Below are positions 49,142-58,002 of a DNA stretch of 64,000 bases, in pieces. Source of the stretch: Thermodesulfobacteriota bacterium (GTDB lineage Bacteria > Desulfobacterota > Desulfobacteria > Desulfobacterales > SURF-7); assembly GCA_049320885.1 (NCBI GenBank), contig JBMORA010000001.1, positions 114,622 to 178,621 on the forward strand, read 5' to 3'. Position 1 is the stretch's first letter. Every line of letters starts with the position of its first letter. Under the pieces are notes generated by a model that had not been told where the DNA came from, searched no databases, and worked only from the letters and a program-made list of their open reading frames with translations. A program made the translations under genes and the position numbers.

Positions 49142-49370
49142 GTGCCCCATGCGAGCCATAAAAAAACATTGTTCTATTTTACGGGGTTACAATGCGGGAA
49201 AAAAACGGCAGCTGTTTCAAGGGGAAACTATGCACTATTGTTCCTATGCTATGTACTATTTTTCGTATTATTATATAAAATTTTAACCATATACAAACCT
49301 GCCCACCTGCCTTAGGCAGGACGCTATCCGTTGCCGGGCATCCTTCCCCCAGCCGTTTTTCCATCACGGA

Positions 49371-50513
49371 TCAGCGACTGGCAAAAAACCCCTTGATGGA
49401 ATCCACCACCAGATCCTGTTCCTCGGATGTCAACTCATAAAAGAACGGCAACCGGAGAAGCCGGCCGCTCATGGTTTCCGTGACCGGCAATTGCCCGTCC
49501 GTATATCCCATGGACCGGCCGATGGGCGAAAGATGCAGCGGAAGATAATGGAAAACCGCCATGATTCCCTTTGTTTTCAAATAGGCCATGAGGGCATCGC
49601 GGGTATTTTCATCGTTCAGGATGATATAAAACAGGTGGCTGTTGCCCTGGCATTCGCTGGAAAGATAGGGCAGCCGGAGCTTGCCGTCGTTCACGAGGGG
49701 AATCAATGCCTTGAAATAATAATTGTAGAGTTCCTCCCGCTGGCTGTTGATCTTGTCCATGTTTTCCAGCTGGGCGAACAAAAAAGCGGCCAGCAGGTCG
49801 GAAGGGAGATAGGATGACCCCACGTCCACCCAGTTGTATTTGTCCACCTGGCCCCGGAAGAACTTGCTGCGGTCGGTCCCCTTTTCGCGGATGATTTCGG
49901 CCCGTTCGATAAATTTTGGATTGTTGATCGCAATGGCCCCGCCTTCGCCGCTGATGAAATTTTTCGTCTCATGGAAGCTGTAGGCCCCGATGTCGCCGAT
50001 GGTTCCAAGGAATTTGTCCTTGTATTTGGCGTTGACGCCCTGGGCCGCGTCCTCGATGACATACAGGTTGTGCCGCCGGGCGATATCCATAATGACTCCC
50101 ATATGGCAGCCCTGGCCGGCATAATGTACCGGGACGATGGCTTTCGTTCTTTCCGTAATCGCCGCTTCGATTTTGGTCTCATCAATGTTCAAGGTGTCGG
50201 GGCGGATGTCCACGAACACCAGCTTGGCCCCCCGCAGATAAAAGGCGTTGGCCGTGGAGACGAAGGTGAAGGAGGGCAATATCACTTCATCGCCGGGTCC
50301 GACTTCGCACAGCAGGGCGGCCATCTCCAGGGCGGCGGTACAGGAATGGGTCAGCAGGACCTTGGGGATATTGAATTTTCTTTCCAGCAACTCATGACAT
50401 TTTTTAGTGAACAGACCGTCCCCGGCGATTTGTCCGCTTAACACCGACTGGGAGATGTAATACAATTCCTTGCCCACGATGAAAGGCTTGTTGAACGGTA
50501 TACTGTAATCCAT
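49371..50513 (-). CDS. wecE: dTDP-4-amino-4,6-dideoxygalactose transaminase
   Basis: IPFNKP, SCTAALE, PSFTFVSTANAF, EDAAQG, SFHETKN..GEGG, REKGTDRS.FFRGQVDKY.W...GSS, FHYLPLH. Confidence 0.9.
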   Translation of the reverse strand: MDYSIPFNKPFIVGKELYYISQSVLSGQIAGDGLFTKKCHELLERKFNIPKVLLTHSCTAALEMAALLCEVGPGDEVILPSFTFVSTANAFYLRGAKLVFVDIRPDTLNIDETKIEAAITERTKAIVPVHYAGQGCHMGVIMDIARRHNLYVIEDAAQGVNAKYKDKFLGTIGDIGAYSFHETKNFISGEGGAIAINNPKFIERAEIIREKGTDRSKFFRGQVDKYNWVDVGSSYLPSDLLAAFLFAQLENMDKINSQREELYNYYFKALIPLVNDGKLRLPYLSSECQGNSHLFYIILNDENTRDALMAYLKTKGIMAVFHYLPLHLSPIGRSMGYTDGQLPVTETMSGRLLRLPFFYELTSEEQDLVVDSIKGFFASR

Positions 50514-50577
50514 GGCCGCGGCCCCTGTCTTGAACGTCGTGCTGGTTTTTGTGGACAAGTCGCCCTCCTCAGATAAT

Positions 50578-51894
50578 TCAGATATATTCATGCCCGATTT
50601 TCGATACAATGAACGGCGTTTTCCCGCTGTTCCTTCTTTCCAACTGGGCAACGAGCTTATAATCGATTTTGATCTCATTCCCCAATCGTTTCCGCAAGCC
50701 GGCCTCCAGGGCTTTTTTAGAATCCTCGCTGTAGCTGCCGTCGACGATCAGGTTCAGATAGATATGATCCACGGCGTCCTGCACGCACTGGGACAGCATC
50801 ACCCCTTTTGCGCCGTCAACGGAGTGCTCCAGGACATTGCCCAGGTATCGGCCGTCGGGGGTGACGATATAATCGTTCTGCCTCCCGACGATGGCTTTTA
50901 TCTTGCGGAAATGCCGGCCGCATCGGCAGACGGCAGGGTCCTTATCCAATATAACCCGGTCGCCGGTTCGATAGCGGATCAAGGGCATGGCGTAGTTGAC
51001 AAACCCGGTACCGATGAGTTCTCCTTCTCCGAGCCGGGAAGAGTCGTTGCCGGTTTCATCCACAATCTCGTTGTAGGCGAAATCCTCGCAGATATGTTTG
51101 GTCTGGTGACCGCATTCCGAAATGATGGTCACATTCTCATGATGGGAATAAAAATCATATACCTTGCAGCGGTAGGCTTCCTCCAGCAGTTTCCGTCTTT
51201 GTTCGGACAGGGTTTCGCCGGCGGTGACGATGGATGTAAGGGGCCGGATCGGTTTTCCCTGCTCCCGGGCGAACCGGGCCAGCATATAAATGGAAAACGG
51301 ATACCCGATAAAAACAGACGGACCGATCCGCGCAATCATGTCCAGCAGCGTTGCCGCCGAGTCTTTTTTCAATTGCTTTGCATCAAATCTCCACAGCCGG
51401 GCCATGGGGTAGTGCTTGAAGAACGCCCCGGGATCATCAAATTTATAGCTCTGAAACGAAAACGTTTTTCTGCCGGGAAAGTGTCCGGCCCACTGATAGC
51501 TTCTCAGCACACAGGCCAGCTTTTGCGCTTTGGCCGCATGATCCACGATAAAATGAAGGGGCGTGCCGGTGGAGCCGCTGGTGGAATCCCAATTAATACC
51601 GTATTCGGCGGCATTTTCGGCAACAAACTCGTCTTGATGGGTCCGCAGGATCTCCTTGCTCAATAACGGGATTTTATGCATGTCCTGCCGGCCGCGGAAG
51701 GTGGAAGGGTCGAGTTGTATTTTGTTAAAAAGATTTCGATAATATGGAACGTTTGCAGCGGCATGGCGCACGATGTTGATGAGCCGCTCATCCTGGTAGG
51801 CATGGATTCTCGCCCGATCCCATTTCTGGCTCGTCAAAAAGAAAAAATATTGCTGCGCCACCCTTGCCGCGAAACCTAGTGTCGATGTGTTCAT
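50578..51894 (-). CDS. Phenylacetate-CoA ligase/CapK-like adenylate-forming enzyme
   Basis: VPYYR, TSGSTGTP, GYP, AGETL, MPLIRYRTGD, GRQND, SGK. Confidence 0.87.
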   Translation of the reverse strand: MNTSTLGFAARVAQQYFFFLTSQKWDRARIHAYQDERLINIVRHAAANVPYYRNLFNKIQLDPSTFRGRQDMHKIPLLSKEILRTHQDEFVAENAAEYGINWDSTSGSTGTPLHFIVDHAAKAQKLACVLRSYQWAGHFPGRKTFSFQSYKFDDPGAFFKHYPMARLWRFDAKQLKKDSAATLLDMIARIGPSVFIGYPFSIYMLARFAREQGKPIRPLTSIVTAGETLSEQRRKLLEEAYRCKVYDFYSHHENVTIISECGHQTKHICEDFAYNEIVDETGNDSSRLGEGELIGTGFVNYAMPLIRYRTGDRVILDKDPAVCRCGRHFRKIKAIVGRQNDYIVTPDGRYLGNVLEHSVDGAKGVMLSQCVQDAVDHIYLNLIVDGSYSEDSKKALEAGLRKRLGNEIKIDYKLVAQLERRNSGKTPFIVSKIGHEYI

Positions 51895-51937
51895 CCCGGA
51901 TTCCTTTTTACTGCTCACGGTTGCGGACAGACACCCA

Positions 51938-53176
51938 CTACCATTCAATACCCCGAATACCACCGGGTGTTGCGACTTCAATCACCAGCGTTTCCTGAAC
52001 CTGCTTGATGGTTTCCTGCAAATCGTTCCGGTCCTTTCCGGCAACCAGAATCGGCCCGAGCCGCAGAGTCTTGTCTTTCAGTGGACTGATATGATTTCCC
52101 ACCCGGATGTCCTCCAGGCTGACTTTTTTCACCCCCGGCAGGGAGCTGAGTTCCTCGATGCCGCTTACTCGCCGGATTTCCCCTTCCGGCAGATAAAAAC
52201 AGAGATAACCCGAGGACCGGTGCTGGATATCGGCCTTGTCGATCCGGACCCTGCCGGAATCGGTGGCGCAGGTGATCAACAGTTCGTTGACATTGATGCC
52301 GGAAGCCAAGGGGACGAGATCCGAGGAAATGAAGACGCCGCCTCCCCGGATGGCGGTTTCCACCAGATGGACATCGCCGGTGTCCGGATCGATGAGGTAT
52401 TCGCTGTGGGTGTTGCCGAATTTCGGCGCGAAACTCTTGATCAGATGTTCGTTAATGTTCAATACTTTTTGCTGAATATCCCCCGGCAGCAGGGAGGGAT
52501 ACAGGGTTTGCTTGGGGATGAACATATCGGGAAGATGGAAATAATACCGGTCGCCGATGGTCAGGTTGGTAAACTGGAAATCAAAGGCGAATCCCTGGAC
52601 AACCACCTCTTTCCGGTTCGGCAGAAACTGCTCTACGATGGCGGTCTTGCAGGCGGAAAAGCCGATGGCACTGTTCAATTTGTCTTTCAGATCATGCCGG
52701 CCGTTGACCCTGCTGACGCCGCGGCTGCCCTGACTGTCCACCGGCTTCACAACCAGGGGAAAGCCCAGTTCTTCCGCCCGATCCCGGGCGTCTTCATAGG
52801 ATTTGGACAGGAAATGCTTTGGCACGGGGACCCCGATGCTGTCGCAATATTCCCTCATCTGGAATTTATTGGTGAACCGCAGGGCGCAATCGTACCCGAT
52901 CCCGGGGAGTCCCAGTTGCTCCGCAATATAGGCGGCCGTCAGAACCGGGATATCCGTCTGATCGGTCAAAATCCCGCAGATATTTTCGGCTTTCGCAACC
53001 CTCAGGATTTCATCCTGATCCCGCACGTCGATTTCACAGGCCTTGTCGGCGGTTTTGAATCCGGGATAATCCCCCTTCATGCTCACCGCGATGGTGAAGA
53101 AACCCATTTCCTGGGCCTGCCGGATGACCGGCACCTGACATTTTCCCGCACCTAAAATCATCAGTTTTTGTTTCAA
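51938..53176 (-). CDS. ATP-grasp domain protein (carbamoyl-phosphate-synthase-like / amino acid ligase)
   Basis: ILGAG..Q, NKFQMRE, PLVVKPVDSQGSRGV, VEQFL, HSEY, VETAIRGGG; TTG start. Confidence 0.85.
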   Translation of the reverse strand: MKQKLMILGAGKCQVPVIRQAQEMGFFTIAVSMKGDYPGFKTADKACEIDVRDQDEILRVAKAENICGILTDQTDIPVLTAAYIAEQLGLPGIGYDCALRFTNKFQMREYCDSIGVPVPKHFLSKSYEDARDRAEELGFPLVVKPVDSQGSRGVSRVNGRHDLKDKLNSAIGFSACKTAIVEQFLPNRKEVVVQGFAFDFQFTNLTIGDRYYFHLPDMFIPKQTLYPSLLPGDIQQKVLNINEHLIKSFAPKFGNTHSEYLIDPDTGDVHLVETAIRGGGVFISSDLVPLASGINVNELLITCATDSGRVRIDKADIQHRSSGYLCFYLPEGEIRRVSGIEELSSLPGVKKVSLEDIRVGNHISPLKDKTLRLGPILVAGKDRNDLQETIKQVQETLVIEVATPGGIRGIEW

Positions 53177-54171
53177 TTATCGTTTCCCTCCGCTCCGGTT
53201 GCATCCGATATGGCCAGTTTCGGTGTTTGTTCACGAATCACATAGGGCGGTTTTCCCATGGTCCGAAAATGCATCCTGGCCAGATATTCTCCGATGATGC
53301 CGATGGCAAACAACTGGAGACCGGCGAAGAGCGCGATTTCCGCCGCCATGAAGGCGAAGCCGGGGACATAGCGGGTCTGTATAATGCGCCGCACAATCAC
53401 GTACACAAACATCAAAAAACCCATGAAAGAAGTAACCAGCCCCAGGGCGCTGGCGATCCGCAGGGGTAGCGTCGAATAGCCGGTCAACATATTGAAGGCC
53501 AGCAACATCAATTTGGTCAAGGAATAACTCGACCTGCCGACCTTGCGCGGCTGATGATCAACCGGAATATTGGTCACGCCGGCCACGCTCCACGACAACA
53601 ACACATCGATGGACAACTGGGGATCGTTGAAATTCTGAAAGCCTTTCATCAGAATGGAACGAAAGGCCCGGAATGCGCTGCTGTGCCCTCCCATCTCGGC
53701 GCCGAGCACCACTTTTAATATGCCTTTCAACATCCGGGACGAGAAATTGCGGGCCGCGCTGTGCTGCCGGACCCTCGGCTTGCCGTACACCACATCGTAT
53801 CCCTCGACAAGCTTCGCGAGCAGGTTGGGAATTTCTTCCGGCGGATTCTGCAAATCGTCATCGATGGTGACGATAAAATCGTATCTCGCGTTTTGAATGC
53901 CCGCCAGCAACGCATTATGCTGGCCATAGTTGTGCATCAAGGTCATGCCGCGGACCTGCTTATTCGAACGCGACAAATCGGTGATCACCTGCCAGCTTCT
54001 GTCACGACTCCCGTCGTTGACGAATATGATCTCAAATCGATCCACCAGCGGCGTCAGTGCCAGACCGATCCTCTCGGCAAGCTCGGCCAGGGTCGCCTCG
54101 CTGTTATAAACCGGAACAACCACGGAAACGGAACTGGACGATAGAAGCTCATGTTTTTCGTTACCGGTCAT
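53173..54171 (-). CDS. ArnC/GtrB-like polyprenol-phosphate glycosyltransferase (GT2)
   Basis: VPVYNS, VNDGSRD, NYGQHNALLAG, DDDLQNPPEEIP, two C-terminal TMs, GEYLAR. Confidence 0.88.
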   Translation of the reverse strand: MTGNEKHELLSSSSVSVVVPVYNSEATLAELAERIGLALTPLVDRFEIIFVNDGSRDRSWQVITDLSRSNKQVRGMTLMHNYGQHNALLAGIQNARYDFIVTIDDDLQNPPEEIPNLLAKLVEGYDVVYGKPRVRQHSAARNFSSRMLKGILKVVLGAEMGGHSSAFRAFRSILMKGFQNFNDPQLSIDVLLSWSVAGVTNIPVDHQPRKVGRSSYSLTKLMLLAFNMLTGYSTLPLRIASALGLVTSFMGFLMFVYVIVRRIIQTRYVPGFAFMAAEIALFAGLQLFAIGIIGEYLARMHFRTMGKPPYVIREQTPKLAISDATGAEGNDN

Positions 54172-54216
54172 CCTTTACCTCGTATTTGTATCGGTTCTTC
54201 CCTTATGCCTGGTTGA

Positions 54217-56349
54217 CTACCAATACCAGCCGATCGTGCCGGTCACCCCCCGCACATTGTCATAGTCGACCTGGATGACAATCGGCCATTTCAGATACTC
54301 CGGGAAATAACTCAGCCCCCCGCCATAGAGGGCCTGAATTTTGCTGTCCGACGATTCCTCATAGATTCGCCCCGTGGCTTCCGAGCGGGAAAGCTCGCTT
54401 TCGGTGTATATGGTGCACCCGCCGATGGCCGACAGGTAGAGATCGGTGGAACCGATCTCCACCCCCAATTTGCCGAGCAGGCCGAATTCGGTTCCCTTTC
54501 TCTCACTCTCCAACCGGATGCAATCATCATTGGGACATGGCGAGGAAATCGTTGGCTCCGGGAGAGCCCTGTCGCTATGGGGAATAAACGGGATTCCGAC
54601 TCCGAACAACAGGTTCAGATTGCCGAGGCGGATTTCATTGGCACCGGTTTCCACCGTGACATTAAATTCATCCGCCTCGCCGCCGCCGCCGCCGCCCGCG
54701 GCAAAATATCCTGCCCGGGCGGGAGTGGTCATGGACAGAAGCCCCACCAGCAGGAACGACCAAATGATCAGCCGGGTTCTCCTTGCGGCCCGTGCGGCCG
54801 CGATCACCAGGAATAGGGCGGACGCGAGCAGAAAGAGGCCATGCCGCCCTTCATATGCACTGTCTGATATGCTGGACGGCGACAGGGCGCCGATAAAGCA
54901 ACCACCGATGTCCACAACGGGAAGCGCCTCGTCCGGCCGCACCGTAACGGTGGTCGTGTCCGTATGCGATATGCCGGATCCGGTTGAGACGGTTAACTGA
55001 AACTGGAGGACAACCCCACTGGCGCCTCCCAGGGGCGCCACAAAAGAGGCAACCCGGCCCTCCGGTTCTTTCAACCTGACTGTGGGTCCGGAGGTTTGCC
55101 GCCATTGATAGACCGCGGTCCCGTCCGGATCATAGGAGCTGCTTCCATCCAACGTCACCTCCTGATCGGCGAAGGCTTCCTGATCCGCGCCGGCGTCCGC
55201 CACCGGGGGGTAGGACAGGCTCGATCCGGCTCCAGCAAAGGCCTCACCGGCAATCGGCTGGTATTCGACAACGGGTAAGCGGTAGTCATTGTTGTGATCA
55301 TAAATCGAATTGTCGATGACTGTCGAATCGGCGGTCCCCCACCAGTTGCCGGTCATCGCCAGTGTGGACAGGCTTTCCGCCCAGTCGTAGGTATATACGA
55401 TGTATCCGGGATAGCCCTCCAGACTGAAATTGTTTCCCGTGATCCGCAATTCAAAAGCGGCCGCGTCCGCAACGCTGACGGCGATAAGACCGACGACGGA
55501 ATGTTCGGCCTGCAACTCATTGGCGGTGATGCCGATTTCGGCCGGAGTTACCGGACCATCGGAAACAGTGGCGTTGAAAACAAGCCGCATAGCGCTTCCG
55601 ATGGCATTCGAATCCGTGTCGACCACCGTATTGTTGACCACCTGAAGATCATGGGAACGGATGGAGAAATCCAAGGCCCGCTTGTTATTCAACAAATAAT
55701 TGTCGGCGACAAGCCCTCCCTCGGCTGAAAACAAAATGCCGGTTGCATTGCCGTAGATCTGGTTTGAAACGATCCGGATATCACCGCTGGGGGAAATGAG
55801 GTTGCTTGAATTGGCTGCGGCGGTGGATGAGATCCCCGCCGAGGAACTGAACCGAATCGCATTGCCGACAATATAGGGCATGGCGTTGGCGGTGACAATC
55901 ATCCCGGTGACATCGGGATCATTTCCGCCATACTCGACGATGCAATAGGCGATTACGCTTCCGGTTCCGGTGGATTCGTTATAATCCCGGCTGCTGTCAC
56001 TGAAGACAATCGCCCCCCAGGGAATCCGCCTGTCCAGACTGGTAAACACAATGGGGGTAGCGGGGGTTCCCCTGGCGACAAGGGTCCCCTCCACCCGGAT
56101 GGTGTGCCCCCGGCTGCCGTCCGGACGCGGCGTGAAAATCACCTCCACACCGGGTTCAATGGTCAGGACGGCGCTCTGTTCGATCAGAACATCGCCGGTT
56201 ATGACGATGGGGCTGTCCGATACATTCCAGCCGGTGTCCGAACTGATGACACCGTTGAAATTCATGGAGGCGAACACGGATAACGGTCCGCCCGACACCA
56301 GGATCAGCATCAAGAAAGACCCGACGACAAGGCCTTTTCGTATTCGCAT
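54217..56349 (-). CDS. Secreted beta-helix + PKD/REJ-like protein with internal GGCFI motif and C-terminal putative outer-membrane beta-barrel
   Basis: Signal peptide, LTIEPGVEV, parallel beta-helix-like repeats, NWWG, PVADAGADQ..LDGSSSYDPDG..WRQTSGP, GGCFI + TM, terminal GWYW. Confidence 0.72.
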   Translation of the reverse strand: MRIRKGLVVGSFLMLILVSGGPLSVFASMNFNGVISSDTGWNVSDSPIVITGDVLIEQSAVLTIEPGVEVIFTPRPDGSRGHTIRVEGTLVARGTPATPIVFTSLDRRIPWGAIVFSDSSRDYNESTGTGSVIAYCIVEYGGNDPDVTGMIVTANAMPYIVGNAIRFSSSAGISSTAAANSSNLISPSGDIRIVSNQIYGNATGILFSAEGGLVADNYLLNNKRALDFSIRSHDLQVVNNTVVDTDSNAIGSAMRLVFNATVSDGPVTPAEIGITANELQAEHSVVGLIAVSVADAAAFELRITGNNFSLEGYPGYIVYTYDWAESLSTLAMTGNWWGTADSTVIDNSIYDHNNDYRLPVVEYQPIAGEAFAGAGSSLSYPPVADAGADQEAFADQEVTLDGSSSYDPDGTAVYQWRQTSGPTVRLKEPEGRVASFVAPLGGASGVVLQFQLTVSTGSGISHTDTTTVTVRPDEALPVVDIGGCFIGALSPSSISDSAYEGRHGLFLLASALFLVIAAARAARRTRLIIWSFLLVGLLSMTTPARAGYFAAGGGGGGEADEFNVTVETGANEIRLGNLNLLFGVGIPFIPHSDRALPEPTISSPCPNDDCIRLESERKGTEFGLLGKLGVEIGSTDLYLSAIGGCTIYTESELSRSEATGRIYEESSDSKIQALYGGGLSYFPEYLKWPIVIQVDYDNVRGVTGTIGWYW

Positions 56350-56439
56350 GCAACCTCCAGATATAGTGGCTTCATTGTGTTAGCGGTCATCCAGCCCGAT
56401 CCCGCGGCCTGTTCATTTCCATCATATGCCGGTTTCCGT

Positions 56440-57720
56440 TCACGGGTTTAACCGGACTTCCCGCTCGGGCTTCAGGGATACCGATAATATTCCGCGGTTC
56501 TCCACATAGTTGTTGGCGGTATCGTCCGAGTATAACTTCCGGAAAACGTATTCCAGCCGCACAGCCATCCAGGGCAATGCCTGATAAACCAGTCCGGCGT
56601 TGCTTCGCCATATGGTGTCTTCCCGCTCGGGAGCCTGGTCCATGTAGATGTTCCGGCGGTAACCGGTGCCGATCGAACCGGACAGCCTTTTGCCCAGCTG
56701 CTGGCTCACGCTTCCCGACATATGATAAAAAGGGCTGAACCCCAGATTTTCAGCTCCATAAGAGGCGATATCATACCCGACCTTGCCGGAGACGGCAATG
56801 GCGCTGCCTTCATCCCAGCTGTAGGCGCTTTCTATGGAGCCGACAATTCCGGTATCATCATCACCCGCCTCGGTGTCCCGGAAAAAATAACCGAAACTGG
56901 CCCCCAAACTTGAATTGGCTTGTTCCTTCCAGTCGAATCCCACCAGGGAACTGTGGACCTGATAGTCATCCCCCCCGGCCATGAAAACCGTATCCACGTG
57001 CGAATAGGCGATGTACCCCTCGAATTGACGCCCAAAACGCTTGATCAGACGCAGTTTGTTCATCACATCGTCAAAGTCTTCAGAAATTTCAAGGTCGTTA
57101 CGTGTATATTTGCATTCCCATTCCAGGGCATATCGGCTGGGCGACATCCAGTACATGAGCAAAAGACTTGGTCGATAGTATTCCTTGTTTTCAAGACTCG
57201 GGTCTTCGTTGTCGATCAGATAGTATTCATACCGGAGTGCGATGGAATCGTTTTTGCCGAATTGATTCAGGATGCCGAAACTGGCCGTATTGGTCTGATA
57301 GGGCTCGCGGCCCTGCCGGACGGTGAAATCCGTATCGGAAATCGGATCCTCCGTATACAGATACCGGTTTCCCAGTTCGATCCTGGTATTGTCGGTAATC
57401 TTGCCCCAGGCCCCGACGGCTGCGCTGTGGCGCAAAATGTTGTTTTCGGGGAAACGGGTATAGGAGGCGTAGGTCGGGTTGTAGGAAATGGTGAGGGCGC
57501 TGTTCCTCTCGTACATGCTCAAATCCACCCCCGGATTGAGTGTGGTGATATAGTCATATTCCTCATCCTCGGGGGTCAGGCTGGCATTGTCCGTGAAAGT
57601 GCTGCTGATGGTGAGTCCGGGCGTGAACTGAATGGTGGCGGCGGCTCTTGCCGTCATCAGAAGAAAGCACAGCACAATAACGCCCAGATATCTCATGGCA
57701 TGATAACTATATGAATTCAT
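56440..57720 (-). CDS. Outer membrane beta-barrel protein (EPS-export-associated, EpsL/BBP2-like)
   Basis: Signal peptide, FTPGL....FTDN, DYIT..NPG, alternating beta strands, YVENR. Start 57720 or 57696. Confidence 0.78.
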   Translation of the reverse strand: MNSYSYHAMRYLGVIVLCFLLMTARAAATIQFTPGLTISSTFTDNASLTPEDEEYDYITTLNPGVDLSMYERNSALTISYNPTYASYTRFPENNILRHSAAVGAWGKITDNTRIELGNRYLYTEDPISDTDFTVRQGREPYQTNTASFGILNQFGKNDSIALRYEYYLIDNEDPSLENKEYYRPSLLLMYWMSPSRYALEWECKYTRNDLEISEDFDDVMNKLRLIKRFGRQFEGYIAYSHVDTVFMAGGDDYQVHSSLVGFDWKEQANSSLGASFGYFFRDTEAGDDDTGIVGSIESAYSWDEGSAIAVSGKVGYDIASYGAENLGFSPFYHMSGSVSQQLGKRLSGSIGTGYRRNIYMDQAPEREDTIWRSNAGLVYQALPWMAVRLEYVFRKLYSDDTANNYVENRGILSVSLKPEREVRLNP

Positions 57721-58002
57721 TGTGCGCAATAAATGTCGTTCTCTTCCAATCCGCTTGATTTACACGAATGCCGGACATTTCTTTCTTCCGCTCTCCGCGA
57801 TTGATGACAATATGCATGAGACAAGCAGTTCCGCGCCCTGTTTTTCCTTGAAAAACAGACGCAAGTTCACCGAACCCGGCATGGCGGCAGGGGGCTGTTT
57901 TCTCAAGTGCCCTTTTATATTAAAAAAACAATTACGTGTCAAGGAGATATCACCGATTTTTCCGGATAAATAATATCATTGAGATATCGATGTCGATGCA
58001 CT

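Noticed and set aside
50512..53155. 384-aa and 422-aa + strand ORFs
   Set aside because: Antisense shadows of the CapK-like and ATP-grasp genes.
54675..54697. GCC triplet run as a phase-variation tract
   Set aside because: In-frame poly-Gly codons; slippage would not shift the frame.
57822..57840. Possible sigma54 site upstream of the outer-membrane barrel gene
   Set aside because: GG-N10-GC spacing is present but the match to TGGCAC...TTGC is poor.
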